Notes under the pieces: generated by a model
What the model saw: the letters and a program-made list of their open reading frames with translations, nothing else
Told to the model about the DNA's origin: nothing
The model's database searches: none
Shown here: piece by piece, positions 17,342-28,200 of the stretch
How the letters are laid out: each line of letters begins with the position of its first letter
Position numbering within the stretch: position 1 is the stretch's first letter
Position numbers and translations under genes: made by a program
From: a virus
Lineage: Duplodnaviria; Caudoviricetes
Length of the DNA stretch: 64,000 bases
Reading direction: 5' to 3' (one strand)
Virus record (IMG/VR): IMGVR_UViG_3300037067_018433

Positions 17342-18110
17342 TTCCGACAGCCCCACGCAGGAGATGCCGGTGATCGAGCAGCCGTCGCTGATCCAGCCGA
17401 CGTCTGCCGACGCACTCCCGGTCAAGGAGGGGGTCAGGTCCATCGGCGACGCCATGATGATGGTGTTCGACGCGCGGAACACCGACCCCTTCCTGTACGT
17501 CATCCAGGTGGACCTCCACCCCAAGAGCAAGCCCGGGGGCATCATTGGGGGCTTGGTGCACCTGCTGCAGATGCCGCGCGTCAACCTCGACAAGCCGAAC
17601 GAGTGGGTGGCGTTCGAGATCTACGAATGCCCCAAGGACGGGTGCGACGGGATCCTCACCGACGACCTGCGCAAGAACCTCTACTGGATGTGCCCCAAGT
17701 GCGGGCAGCTGGCGACGGTCGACGAGGAGCAGGTGCCCGTTGGCGGCAAGTACGAGGATCTGCAAGTGCGCAAGGTCGGCCACAAGTGGTACGCGTTCGG
17801 TGCGCAGGTGTGGGGCGACGTGCTGGCGGAGTACGTGCAGCGCGTTTGGCGCATGCGCAAGACCAGTGGGGAGGCCGGGTACCGGGCGATGGTGCTTGTC
17901 CGCCGGCCGCGCAGCCTGCTGCAGAACCTGACCCGCGACTTCGTCGAGAGCCACAAGGCGGTCGACGAGGCCAAGCTGATCAAGGGCACGTCCACCCAGT
18001 TCGATACGGGACCCGAGTACTCGCTGTACGGGCCGGACGCCATCGAGCGCGACCTGAAGCCGGGCGGCTCCCTGGCCAAGCGCATGCAGGTGTTCATCCG
18101 CGGAGGCTGA
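17334..18110 (+). CDS. hypothetical protein with Zn-binding CxxC motifs
   Basis: SD GGAGG; CPKDGC...CPKC. Confidence 0.7.
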   Translation: MSDSDSPTQEMPVIEQPSLIQPTSADALPVKEGVRSIGDAMMMVFDARNTDPFLYVIQVDLHPKSKPGGIIGGLVHLLQMPRVNLDKPNEWVAFEIYECPKDGCDGILTDDLRKNLYWMCPKCGQLATVDEEQVPVGGKYEDLQVRKVGHKWYAFGAQVWGDVLAEYVQRVWRMRKTSGEAGYRAMVLVRRPRSLLQNLTRDFVESHKAVDEAKLIKGTSTQFDTGPEYSLYGPDAIERDLKPGGSLAKRMQVFIRGG

Positions 18111-18111
18111 C

Positions 18112-18378
18112 GTGGTTACGTTCCGGGACAAGTGGTCCGAGGTCGAGGCGACGCACGACGCGATCGCCATCCTGGGATTCCTCCAGGCGAGCATCCGCGA
18201 GCTGCTGCAGGAGCACAAGCAGACCTCGATCCGTATCGACGATCGCCAGGTGAACATGAAGTCCGTGCTGAAGGTGGAGAGCGACCTGCAGTCCATGGTC
18301 CAAGCACAGCAGCTGAAGCTGGAGCAGCTGATGAGCTTGAAGGTCCTGGACGACGCGCTGAACATGGAGGATGTTTGA
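18112..18378 (+). CDS. small coiled-coil protein
   Basis: SD GGAGG plus GTG. Confidence 0.6.
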   Translation: MVTFRDKWSEVEATHDAIAILGFLQASIRELLQEHKQTSIRIDDRQVNMKSVLKVESDLQSMVQAQQLKLEQLMSLKVLDDALNMEDV

Positions 18379-18719
18379 TGGGCGCCGTTGAGATCCCCAG
18401 GCTGCAGACAGGCGAGGTCGTGGTCAAGTACCGGTGGCGCGCGACGCTCGTCAACCTGGTCACGGGCCAGCAGCAGGGCATCCTGGTTCCTCCAGGGGTC
18501 AAGACGCTGACGCTGGCGATCCCCGACAATGAGGCGCCGTACCCGGTGGACCCCCGCAGCTTGATGGCGGCGGTCGGTCCTGACGGATCGCTGAAGGAGC
18601 TACCCCCCGGTCAGGAGCACAAGGCGCTGCCCGCCGAGGGTCCTCTCCGGTGCCCGGATTGCGGCAGCAAGCTGATTGTGTGCGACGACTGCGGCTGCCA
18701 CCTGAACAGGAGTGTGTGA
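18378..18719 (+). CDS. Zn-ribbon protein
   Basis: CPDCG...CDDCG at the C-terminus. Confidence 0.6.
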   Translation: MGAVEIPRLQTGEVVVKYRWRATLVNLVTGQQQGILVPPGVKTLTLAIPDNEAPYPVDPRSLMAAVGPDGSLKELPPGQEHKALPAEGPLRCPDCGSKLIVCDDCGCHLNRSV

Positions 18720-18892
18720 TGGGCAAGAGCAGAAGGATCCCTGGAGCGTTGGAGCGCGCGGCGCGTGGCGAGGGCATCATCTGCCCCAAGTGCCGGACGC
18801 TGGCCGTGCTGGGTCGGGGCGGTGTCTGCCGCTGTCCTTCCTGTGGGCAGGAGATCAGGAAGGAGAAGCTGGGGAAGGGAGGGAAGCGATGA
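18719..18892 (+). CDS. small Zn-ribbon protein
   Basis: CPKC...CPSCG; coupled at both ends. Confidence 0.6.
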   Translation: MGKSRRIPGALERAARGEGIICPKCRTLAVLGRGGVCRCPSCGQEIRKEKLGKGGKR

Positions 18893-19392
18893 GGACGTTC
18901 GCCTCGAATGGCGCGTGCCCCAAGTGTGGGTACGACGCATCAGGCCAGCACATGGCCACCGGCCCCTTCCTCTTCGGGCTCATCACTACGGTGTGGGTTC
19001 CCCAGGAGCAGAAGGCGGGGGCGGCGAAGCCCGAGGACGAGGTCGACGGCGTGCTGTGGCGTGGTTGTCCACGCTGTCGGTACCGCTGGCGTGAGACGCC
19101 GCTGGACGAGGGGCTGCAGAAGCCCATGAGCACGGATGACGAGGCCCCCCTTCGCGCGGCCGTTCTCGTCGACCTCAAGCGGCTTGAGACGTCGATCGGC
19201 GCTGTCTCGTCGCGATCGTACCGCTACAAGGTGTGGAGCGAATTCAAGAAGCTCGCCACCGACCGGTGTTACGAGATGCGTGGGTTTCAGTGCGAAGGCT
19301 GCTCACGACACGTTTCCGTAGATCAGGACGCTTGCTGCAACCCCCCAGACGACGGCGGCATCTGTCTGAAGGCGGCGTACGAGAGGCTCTGA
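18889..19392 (+). CDS. Cys-rich Zn-finger protein
   Basis: CPKC, CPRC, CEGC. Confidence 0.6.
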   Translation: MRTFASNGACPKCGYDASGQHMATGPFLFGLITTVWVPQEQKAGAAKPEDEVDGVLWRGCPRCRYRWRETPLDEGLQKPMSTDDEAPLRAAVLVDLKRLETSIGAVSSRSYRYKVWSEFKKLATDRCYEMRGFQCEGCSRHVSVDQDACCNPPDDGGICLKAAYERL

Positions 19393-20213
19393 TGCCCACG
19401 TTCTGGGGCGGGGCCGCCAGGGTCTCCGCCATCCTCCACGCCTGGCTGCTGACGCGGAGCGATGGTCCGTGGCGTGTGCACCACGAGGTTCCGGTCCACG
19501 GACCCGAGACCGGGCGCATCGACGTCTGGGCGCTGCGCGTCAGCTGGTCCCGGTTGGAGGCCTGGGCCTTCGAGTGCAAGGTCGACCGCGGGGACTTCAA
19601 GCGCGACGTGGACGCCGGCAAGTGGCGCAAGTACCTGTCCTCCTGCAGCCGCTTCTACTGGGTGTGCCCCGAGGGCTTGATCAAGAAGGAAGAGGTTCCC
19701 GAGGGTACGGGGCTGATGTACGTGGGGGGCGGCGTGCGCGTGGTGGTCCGCCCCCATATCCGCGAGTGGCACCCGAACTGGATGCAGATGGCTAGCCTGC
19801 TGTTCAGCATGGAGACGCCGCTGTTCACGGATGAAGATCGGTACCACCGCACTTGCAAGCCGGATTGCCGGGTGGCGAGTCATGATGTGCGACATGCGCT
19901 GCACCTCGACCGCTTCCGTCAGAAGCAGCTGCGGCGCGAGGAGAAGCGGAAGCTGGTCGAGACGTATGCCAACGAGCTCAAGGGCAAGGCCGCGGCGCTG
20001 CGGAACGTCGAGCAGCTCAAGGCCGACAAGTACAAGATCGAGCGGCTGATGGACATCGTGCGTAATGATCTGGGTCTGTGGGGGACCATCACCGAGGATC
20101 AACTCACGGCGTCCTTGCGCCAGGCGAAGGTCGGGGACCGACAGGTCACCAAGCACCTCGAGGCGCTGGCGCGGTCCCTGGGCTACAAGGTCGAGCCCGT
20201 CGATCCTGCTTGA
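19392..20213 (+). CDS. MmcB-like PD-(D/E)xK nuclease-fold protein
   Basis: HEVP...RIDVWA...FECKVDRGDFKRD...KWRKY...CSRFYWVCPEGLI...PEGTGL. Confidence 0.8.
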   Translation: MPTFWGGAARVSAILHAWLLTRSDGPWRVHHEVPVHGPETGRIDVWALRVSWSRLEAWAFECKVDRGDFKRDVDAGKWRKYLSSCSRFYWVCPEGLIKKEEVPEGTGLMYVGGGVRVVVRPHIREWHPNWMQMASLLFSMETPLFTDEDRYHRTCKPDCRVASHDVRHALHLDRFRQKQLRREEKRKLVETYANELKGKAAALRNVEQLKADKYKIERLMDIVRNDLGLWGTITEDQLTASLRQAKVGDRQVTKHLEALARSLGYKVEPVDPA

Positions 20214-20239
20214 CAACCTCCTCTCTTTTAGCCAGTATC

Positions 20240-20410
20240 CAAGTACCACGTTTCGTGGTCCCCCTCAGAACCTCCTTTCGGTAGACCCCGCTTGGCTTCG
20301 GCCGGGCGGAGGTCTGTGGTACGATGAGGCGCGTGCACCGGGCCCTCTCGGTGCGGAAGTCCCACAGAAGACCGGCGTCCAATGGCGGGCGTCGGTCTGC
20401 CTTTCTGTCC
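20240..20410 (+). ncRNA. candidate structured non-coding RNA or leader
   Basis: Four hairpins in a 220-nt intergenic gap, including a cUUCGg tetraloop; G.U pairs favour the + strand. Confidence 0.45.
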
Positions 20411-20433
20411 TGGACCTGTGCTATCCTGAGGCC

Positions 20434-20613
20434 ATGGACCCGTTGCCCGAAACCGAGAAGAGCAAGGCGGCGCAAGCCAAGGCGCTCGCAGAGATCGAGA
20501 AGCTGAACAAGCTGCTCGTGTCCCGCGGCTACCCGCAGGTGGGGTTCATGGAGAAACCCATGCTGCTGACGTACATCAAGGCGAAGGAGCTGGGGCTGCT
20601 CGATGGCGAATGA
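20434..20613 (+). CDS. small hypothetical protein
   Basis: Protein-like 59 aa after TGCTATCCT; overlaps the tape-measure start. Confidence 0.55.
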   Translation: MDPLPETEKSKAAQAKALAEIEKLNKLLVSRGYPQVGFMEKPMLLTYIKAKELGLLDGE

Positions 20614-23600
20614 CGTCAACCCGCAGGCGTCGGCCCAGGACTGGGTCAACGCCATGATGTACGGGGCCGGGGCGCATCCCGGCCAGTACGGCGGCGGCTT
20701 CGGGCAGTCGGGGATGGGCGCGCTGATGGGCGGCCTGTCCATGGGCGGCCCCGCGCTGTTCGGGGGCGGCGGGACGTCGGCGGGCTTGGCGGGCAGCATC
20801 ATGCTGCCGGGGCTCATCGCCAACATGTTCGCGGCGCCCTCCACGCCGCTGGTCGGCGGCGCCACCGCCAACCTGATGGGCCGCTCGATGATGGGGCTGG
20901 CGGCGGCCGGAGCCTTCGGCAACGTGCAGGGGGGAGGCGGCACGCTCCCCGGGGGCTTCGGCCTCGGTCAGCAGGCGACATCCGGCGTCGCCTCCACCAT
21001 GGAAGGCATGACGGGTACCGGACCCCGTGATCTCGGCATGGGCGACGTTTCCCGGATCACGCAGATGGCGGGGCAGGGAGGTTTCTTCCAGTCCACGACC
21101 CAGGTGCGCGAGGTTCGTGCCCGACTCAAGGAGATGGTGTCGACGGTCAAGAGCCTGAGCCAGGAGCTCACCATGACCATCGACGAGGTCTCGAGCGGCA
21201 TGAACGCGATGCGCGGCATGGGCTACAACACCGCGGGATCCGCCGGCACCGCCCTGCGCCAGGTGATGCGCTCAGCTGCCGCCGCCGGCATGGCGCCCAG
21301 CGAGATGATGACGTACACCGCGCAGCAAGGGGAGATGCTGCGTCAGGCAGGCCACATGCCGCTGGCGATGGGCGCGGCGGCTGCCCGCAACACGCTCGGC
21401 TTCGTGGGCGCCGGCGTGCGCTCTGGGCTGGTGACCGAGGAAGCGCTCCAGAACGCGTACGGCGCGACGGGCGCCGAAGGCGCCATGGCCATGTCCAACC
21501 GCGTCCAGGAGCTGGGGCTGCGGATGATGAACCGCGCGCCGATGCAGTTCAGCATGGCGGCGATGATGGATCCGTCCACGGGCAAGCTGAGCCAGGAGCG
21601 CGTGAACCAGATGCTCTCCGGCAGCATGAGCGCCGGGGACATCCAGCGGCAGGCGAGCCAGTACGTGAACAGCCTCGGACCCGGCGGCTACGCCAAGTGG
21701 CAGGGCCAGATGCCGGAGATGCGCGGGCAGTTCATGGCCGCGGGCGGTGCGATGGCGCCGATCGCCCTCGCCGGTACGCTGATGGGTCAGCACGGTTACG
21801 ACATGGACCCCAATGATCCCCGGTCACGCGCGGCGTTCGGCCGCACGATGAGCCGGATGTCTGGTACACGCGTGGACCCGATGGAGGCCCGCGCGATGAT
21901 GGAGATGTACCAGAACATGGGGAACATCGGGGAGGCCCAGGAGCTCAGCGGGATGCGGCAAGGGGCGCAGGAGCGCCGAGCGTCGACCATCGCTGATCGG
22001 TACGCCGCCCGCGATCCTGTGTACGCGATGCGCCAGTACCAGGAGCGGCAGCTGGCTCCGATGACGAGAAGGCTTGAGCGGGAAGCCGAAAACATGGCGG
22101 CGCGCCTGGAGCGTGCGACGTCCGGCGCCTCCGGCATGGGGTTCGAGGTCATGGTCAGCGCGGAGCTCTACGGCGGTGGTCGTGGAACGCGTGCGCTGCT
22201 CTCTGGTCGTGGATCGACAGCGGACCAGCGCCAGTCGGCGATGGAGTTCTTCCGTGAGTCGTCCGCGGACACCGAAGGCCGGCAGGGTATCGCCGACATT
22301 CGATCCGCCATCAGGGAAGCCCCGCGCGGCCATCGAGGGGAGCTTCGGGAGCGGCTGGCGCAGGCCGAGAGCCTCTCGCGGGGTGTGGAGAGCGAAGGGC
22401 GCTTCCTCACCAGCGAGTTCATGGGTTCGGATCGTGGCCTCTACGGGATGTCGGCCGGCGACCGCTACGCGAAGTACGCGTTGGACAAGAGCGGGGGTCG
22501 ACGCGTGCGTGCGGAGTTGACCGACGCGCTCAAGGAGACGTCGGGGGTTCGCGAGTCGATGCTCACGGGTTACGGCAGTGCGTCCGAAAGTGCCCAGCGT
22601 GCGATCTCCGCCATCTACAATCGCAGCGGGACGATGTCGAGTTCCGACTTGATCGGAGCTGTGGCTTCAGGCACCGACGAGCAAGCGGCGCGCATGGCGT
22701 TCATCCAGTCGGGGTCGAGGGACGCCGGCGGGATGAGCGCGGCGATGGACCTGGGGAACGCGTACAAGAAGGCGGCGACAGCGGCCGTGTCCGTGCGCGC
22801 GGTCAACGGTATGGCGTTCGGCGCCAACGAAGCCATCTACGGCACGACCATGGCCGAGCGCTACAAGACGGGGGGCGTCGAGGGCCTGACCCGGTCGGCC
22901 GGCGCCCACCTGGCGGCGGCCCTGGGGGGCTCTGCCGGTATCAGCCGCGTGGTGGACTTCATCCAGTCCGACCCGGAGCGCGCCGGGCAGCTGATGCAGG
23001 GGTTGCAGAGCGGGGCCACGGGGTCCACGTTGGGCGCCCTCTTCCGGTCGTCGGGCGTCGACGTGACGGGGATGGACGCCGGGTTGCTGGCCACCAAGAT
23101 CGAGAACAAGGATCGTCTGCAGCAAGGGTTGGCGGACGTGGGGGCCGCCGAGCAGGGCGCCATGGCCGAGGAGATGCGGCGCACCGGCTGGTCCAGCGAC
23201 ACACAGATCAGCAAGATCCAAGAGGTGCTGAAGGGCAAAGGCGTGTCCAAAGCCGCCCGGGCCTTCGGCAACGAGATGATGGGCGTCGGCACGGCGCTCG
23301 TGGGGGGTGACGCCAAGGGCGCCTTCGAGAAGCAGGCGAGTGCCCTGGTGACGCTCGCACGCAACAAGGGCATGGCCTCGGCCATCGAATCTGGGTTGAT
23401 CGCTACGTCCGGTAAGTCCGAGGCCCGCGCTTTCCAGAAGGCCATGATGTCTGGCGGCATGTCGGTCGAGGAGTTCTCAGGGATGTTCGGCGAGCAGTCG
23501 TTCAAGGACATCGCCGCGTCTTCCGGCGGCAAGCTCACCGAAGAGCAGCTCAGGAGCGCTGGGCGTTCCAAGGACGTAGCCGGACTGGAGCTCATCGCCG

Positions 23601-23779
23601 CCCGGCAGATGACGGCCCCGGGCCAGGGTTCTCCGGAGACAGCCGGTCGTGGGGCGTCCGCTGACTTGGCCGCGCAGTTTGCGAAGATCATGGGGAGCAC
23701 GACGCTGACCGTGCAGCTGGACGCGAAGTCCCTGTCGGCGCTCAAGACGGCGGGTAGCCCGCAGGAGCCGGCACCGTAA
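20603..23779 (+). CDS. tail tape-measure-like protein
   Basis: 1058 aa, Ala/Gly/Met-rich helical composition, at the head of the tail-tip/hub genes; no catalytic motif recognised. Confidence 0.65.
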   Translation: MANDVNPQASAQDWVNAMMYGAGAHPGQYGGGFGQSGMGALMGGLSMGGPALFGGGGTSAGLAGSIMLPGLIANMFAAPSTPLVGGATANLMGRSMMGLAAAGAFGNVQGGGGTLPGGFGLGQQATSGVASTMEGMTGTGPRDLGMGDVSRITQMAGQGGFFQSTTQVREVRARLKEMVSTVKSLSQELTMTIDEVSSGMNAMRGMGYNTAGSAGTALRQVMRSAAAAGMAPSEMMTYTAQQGEMLRQAGHMPLAMGAAAARNTLGFVGAGVRSGLVTEEALQNAYGATGAEGAMAMSNRVQELGLRMMNRAPMQFSMAAMMDPSTGKLSQERVNQMLSGSMSAGDIQRQASQYVNSLGPGGYAKWQGQMPEMRGQFMAAGGAMAPIALAGTLMGQHGYDMDPNDPRSRAAFGRTMSRMSGTRVDPMEARAMMEMYQNMGNIGEAQELSGMRQGAQERRASTIADRYAARDPVYAMRQYQERQLAPMTRRLEREAENMAARLERATSGASGMGFEVMVSAELYGGGRGTRALLSGRGSTADQRQSAMEFFRESSADTEGRQGIADIRSAIREAPRGHRGELRERLAQAESLSRGVESEGRFLTSEFMGSDRGLYGMSAGDRYAKYALDKSGGRRVRAELTDALKETSGVRESMLTGYGSASESAQRAISAIYNRSGTMSSSDLIGAVASGTDEQAARMAFIQSGSRDAGGMSAAMDLGNAYKKAATAAVSVRAVNGMAFGANEAIYGTTMAERYKTGGVEGLTRSAGAHLAAALGGSAGISRVVDFIQSDPERAGQLMQGLQSGATGSTLGALFRSSGVDVTGMDAGLLATKIENKDRLQQGLADVGAAEQGAMAEEMRRTGWSSDTQISKIQEVLKGKGVSKAARAFGNEMMGVGTALVGGDAKGAFEKQASALVTLARNKGMASAIESGLIATSGKSEARAFQKAMMSGGMSVEEFSGMFGEQSFKDIAASSGGKLTEEQLRSAGRSKDVAGLELIAARQMTAPGQGSPETAGRGASADLAAQFAKIMGSTTLTVQLDAKSLSALKTAGSPQEPAP

Positions 23780-24018
23780 TGGCTGATATCCGAACATTGG
23801 TCAGCGGCAACCCTCGAACCGAGTACGCCGTGTCCCTGCGTGTTCCCGGGGTGGGCGTTCGCACCCGCCGGTTCATGGACGGCATGGTGGTCGAGGACGT
23901 GGTGGTCAACATGTGCAAGGCCTACTTGTACAGCCTGACCCTCCGCAAGTTGTACGACCGCGGGGAGACCCCCAGGCGTGTGCGCCTGGAGCTCACCAGG
24001 TCGTGGATCGTTCCGTAG
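23779..24018 (+). CDS. small hypothetical protein
   Basis: SD AGGAG; TAATG overlap. Confidence 0.55.
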   Translation: MADIRTLVSGNPRTEYAVSLRVPGVGVRTRRFMDGMVVEDVVVNMCKAYLYSLTLRKLYDRGETPRRVRLELTRSWIVP

Positions 24019-24030
24019 GGGAGGTGCGCC

Positions 24031-25278
24031 ATTACGGTCTTCATCGAGCAGAGCGCAGAGCCCTTCGAGGCGGTAGCCGAGCAACAGCGTGCTAGGTCCG
24101 CTGGCCGCGGGGTGTTCTTCAACGTGCGGCGCCCAACCCGCGGGCTGCAGGCGTCCAAGGACACCTACGCCCACCTGCGGGTGGTGGACGCCGACGGTCA
24201 GGACATCTCGCTGATCGACAGCGGGTCGACGGACGTCGTCGACGGCATCGGCCACACGACTGCGTACTCCAACTTCATGCTGCAGCGCGTGAGCATCCAG
24301 CGCAGTGAGCTGCGGCAGTTCGTCAAGACCTTCGGCCTCACCTACCTCTTCTTGTTCGGCGAGAACCCGATCATGGTGCAGGTGACCGGCGCCCTGATCC
24401 ACAGCGTCGACTTCCCGTGGGACGAGGAGTGGTGGGTCAACTACGAGCAGAAGCTGCGCGCCACGCGCCTGGCGGAGATGGGGGCCCGCGCCTACCTGTG
24501 CTACGAGGGCACGTTGATCGAAGGATACATCCTCGAGGCGACGACCAATCGGGAATCCGCGCAGCCGAACATGGCGCCCCTCAACTTCAACATGGTGGCG
24601 ACGTCCATCCGCTTCCTGTCCACGGTGGGCACCGCGCTCATGCCGTTTGATCGGTACACCGTGGACTTCACCAACCCCGCCACTCCCACCGGTGGCAGCA
24701 GCCGGCTGCCTGTTGGTCGGCAGCTGGTGTTCGACGCCCAGCAGACGTCCACCCAGGCGGCCATGGCCGTGGGTCTTCCTCCGGCTGGTCAATCGATGGT
24801 CCAGTTCGGATCGTTCCAGGACCTGTTCCGGGCCGTGGCCTCTACCCCCGGGTTGCTGGCCGGTGTTCGGCCGGGAGCAGTGGGCGACGCGTTGCTCAGT
24901 ACCCCAACCAAGGGCGGGTATCCGCCGAGTCGGCGGGGCAACCGGAACCTCAACCTCGACGAGTACGTGCAGCGTACTCCTCCCCCGTTGAGCCGTAGCA
25001 ACCCCTTCGACCGTGTGGACCGCTACCAGCAGCAGGTGGAAGCGGACGAGGAAGAGCCGGTGGCTGGGGACTTGGCGAGGAGCGTCATCGACACGGACGA
25101 TCCCGACTCCATCAACATGGCCAACACCGAGGGTCTGGAAGGGTCGCACGGCGTGGGTATGGTCGACGGCGACCTGGATACCTCGGATCCCGCGACCACC
25201 GCAAGCAGCCGCCCGGCCACGCGCCCGTATCCTGGGGCGGGCGCCCCGTACCTCTACCCGCATCCGATGGGGCCGTAG
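24031..25278 (+). CDS. putative tail/baseplate protein (tube-initiator-like position); probable ATT start
   Basis: Beta-rich N-terminal domain (NFMLQRVSIQRSE..QFVKTFG..YLFLFGENP); SD GGAGG 6 nt before in-frame ATT. Confidence 0.6.
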   Translation: MTVFIEQSAEPFEAVAEQQRARSAGRGVFFNVRRPTRGLQASKDTYAHLRVVDADGQDISLIDSGSTDVVDGIGHTTAYSNFMLQRVSIQRSELRQFVKTFGLTYLFLFGENPIMVQVTGALIHSVDFPWDEEWWVNYEQKLRATRLAEMGARAYLCYEGTLIEGYILEATTNRESAQPNMAPLNFNMVATSIRFLSTVGTALMPFDRYTVDFTNPATPTGGSSRLPVGRQLVFDAQQTSTQAAMAVGLPPAGQSMVQFGSFQDLFRAVASTPGLLAGVRPGAVGDALLSTPTKGGYPPSRRGNRNLNLDEYVQRTPPPLSRSNPFDRVDRYQQQVEADEEEPVAGDLARSVIDTDDPDSINMANTEGLEGSHGVGMVDGDLDTSDPATTASSRPATRPYPGAGAPYLYPHPMGP

Positions 25279-28200
25279 ATGGGTCTGCGTACCGGTCGTC
25301 TGCACCTGCGGTTGGTGATGGAGGGCGTGGAGTGCCCGATCGTTGCCGCTACATGGATGGGGACCATCAATCAGACATCGGTCGCCTCCATCCAGATCGT
25401 GCCGACGCCCACCGCTCGCCGCATCCCGTTCCGTACGATGGTGCACCTGTTCGAGCACGACCTCTACGCGTCCGGTGAGCGGAGCCTCAGCAACACGGGG
25501 TTCGCGACCGAAGGCAGCGAGGGGATCACCATGCGTCAGGCATGGGCCCCGGCCATTCCCGAGACGGCGGTGGATGCCGCGGTGCGCGAGGCTGGGGGAG
25601 AGACGGCGGGATCCATCGACATCCCCCCCGACATGCTGCGCTACCGGCTGGCGTTTGTCGGCGAGGTGGTGGGCCGCAGCTACCAGAAGACCGCCAGTGG
25701 CTCGATGGCCGTTGTCCTGCAGTGCGCCGGGCCCAGCAACTACTGGGACATGCCGGCGGCCGACCGCAAGGGTGGGATGCTGTTCGGCGGGGGGCGCCGT
25801 GGTCGGGCCAGCGGCCTCACGCCGGCCCCGTTCTGGGACCTGCTCAAGGGTGACACCGGCCAGGTCTTCGAGAAGCTGACGGAGCCCCCGGCGTCGTTCC
25901 CCAACCTGAGAGGGTTCACTGCGGGCCTCATCCACCTGCTCGAGGAGCTGGTGGGCGTCTCCATGCGCCGTGGGCGTGAAGGGCAGATCATTGCGGGCAA
26001 GAACCAGTTCATGGCCATGGCCGCGCTGCGCCTGCGTCTGCTGCAGACGATAGGCGTGGCGGGGGGTGACGACAGCCCGCTGCGCCTCCTGCGCCGGCAA
26101 GGCTTCGGCTCCATCTGGCGTGTGGCTCTCCGCGGGCTTCCCCGCTACTTCAGCTACCGACACCTGATCAACGCGTTGATGCCCTACACGTTCTACGAGA
26201 CGGTGCCCGTGCTCGGTCCACACTACACGCCGCCTACGGGGATCTACGCCAACTACGAGAACTGGGCGGGGTACGACACCGGGTTCCTGCGCAACAGTCC
26301 GCAGTGGGCGTGGGTCGTGCAGAAGGCCGACAGCATCAAGGCAGCGGCCCACGAGCTCATCGGCGGGGATCTCACGGACATCGACACGCAGCACGCGGAC
26401 GAAGGATCCGTCGACGCCACCGAGTACGCCGACGTGGTCAGCAACATCCGGAGCACGCTGCTCGACATCGTCCAGCTGGCTGGTGCCATTACCCAGGGCG
26501 TGACCGAGAGCCGGGTTGGGGACACCGTCTACAAGAGCGTGGGGGAGAGCGGGCGGCTGTACGACATCGCGCTCAGCGACGACGATCGGCAGTCACTCGA
26601 CTCCATGACCGGCGACGAACTGGCGGCGGCCGGCTACCGGCAGGTCACTGAGACCTCCCAGGAGGCCATTGCCCGCCTGCGGCCGGTGGCCGAGAAAGCA
26701 CGGGCTATTGATCGACAGGCCGCGACCCTGTACCAGCGCATGGGGCGTTCGACGACGTTGCCTTCGGCGCCCGATCCGGCTGTCCAGTCGGGGTTGAGCG
26801 AGATTGCGGCACTGGCCGAGGAGATCTCCAACTACTCCATGCCGCCGCCTGGCCGGCGAGACGACGATGCGGAGTCCAGCGAACCCAGCCACCTGTACTG
26901 CGACATCTTCCGACCCGACGTCTGGTTCTGTGCGCCGCCGCGGTCCAACGTCATCTTCCCCGATCACATCGTGAGGATGTCGGAGAGCCGGGTGTTCGGC
27001 CAGGAGCCCACCCGGTTGATGATCCGGATGTACGACAAGTGGCTGGGCAGCGACATCCTGTTCGACAAGTGGTGGATCGCGCCAACGGCGCCCGGTCTGT
27101 TCAGCGATCGACCGGTGGGTACCAGCGGGTCTACGGCGTGTGGCGGGCGCCTGTCCTACGACCTCATGGACCACGAGCTGATGGGGGGCATCGTCCCCAT
27201 CTTCCAGACGATGTCCGACCGCGAGATGTACCTGGGAGCGCGGGTGGCCGGGTACGGGTCCGAAGAGGCCAGGTGTGGAGGAACCTCCGAGAACAACCAG
27301 AAGCGCTACTTCCAGCAGGTGACCAACTTCATCCTGTTCCGTACGCGGTTCGCGGCCCGCAACATCAGCTTCAGCGTTCGCCACAACCCGTACTTGATCC
27401 TTGGGTTCCCCGCGCTCCTGATGGATTCACCGCCCAACCAGGCGGCGACGACCGCCAACCAGCTCATCCTGTCGGCGGCCTCGAACGCCATGTCCGAACT
27501 GGACGAGCAGGAATCCAGCGTCATCCTCGAGCTCATCAAGAAGCGCGCTGGCCAGCACTTCCTCGGCACCATCCAGCAGCTGACGCACACGGCGGACGCG
27601 ACGGGCGAGAGCTGCAGTACCGATGGCACGCTCACCTACGTCCGGGAGCACAACGAGAAGATCGAGTTCATGGGCCAGGACCTGGTGCGCATGGCACAGA
27701 CCGCGTCGCGCGGGACCTCCGAGCGCACGGTTCGCCGGCGGTCGGCGGCCGTCGAGCGCGTGCTGCGTGAGCTCCAGACGCTGGAGGATGTGCTGTCGGC
27801 GGAGAGCACGGCCGGCATGAGCGGCCGTGCGTATACCGATGGGTTGATCCAAGAACCCCAGCGCATCGCCCAGCTTCCCGTTCTGGGAACAGGCGGCGGT
27901 ACCAGCATCCCGTTCTACGGGTCGCACGACGCGACGATGTCCATGACCCAATCGCTGATCCAGCTCTACCAGAACCTGCCGATGACCGAGCGCCAGGCGC
28001 TCATCCAGCTGCCCAGTCGGCGGACGACCGTGTGCTTCGCGATCAACACGCCCCAGGTTCGCGAGGGCACGCCGCCCGAGGACGACGCGGAAGGCGAGTA
28101 CACCCCGGGCCAGCTGGGACCCAACGGCTACGAGATGGTCGAGGTCACGGACATTACTGACCAGTTCCGGAACACCCACCGGCGGGTCACCAGCGCCAGT

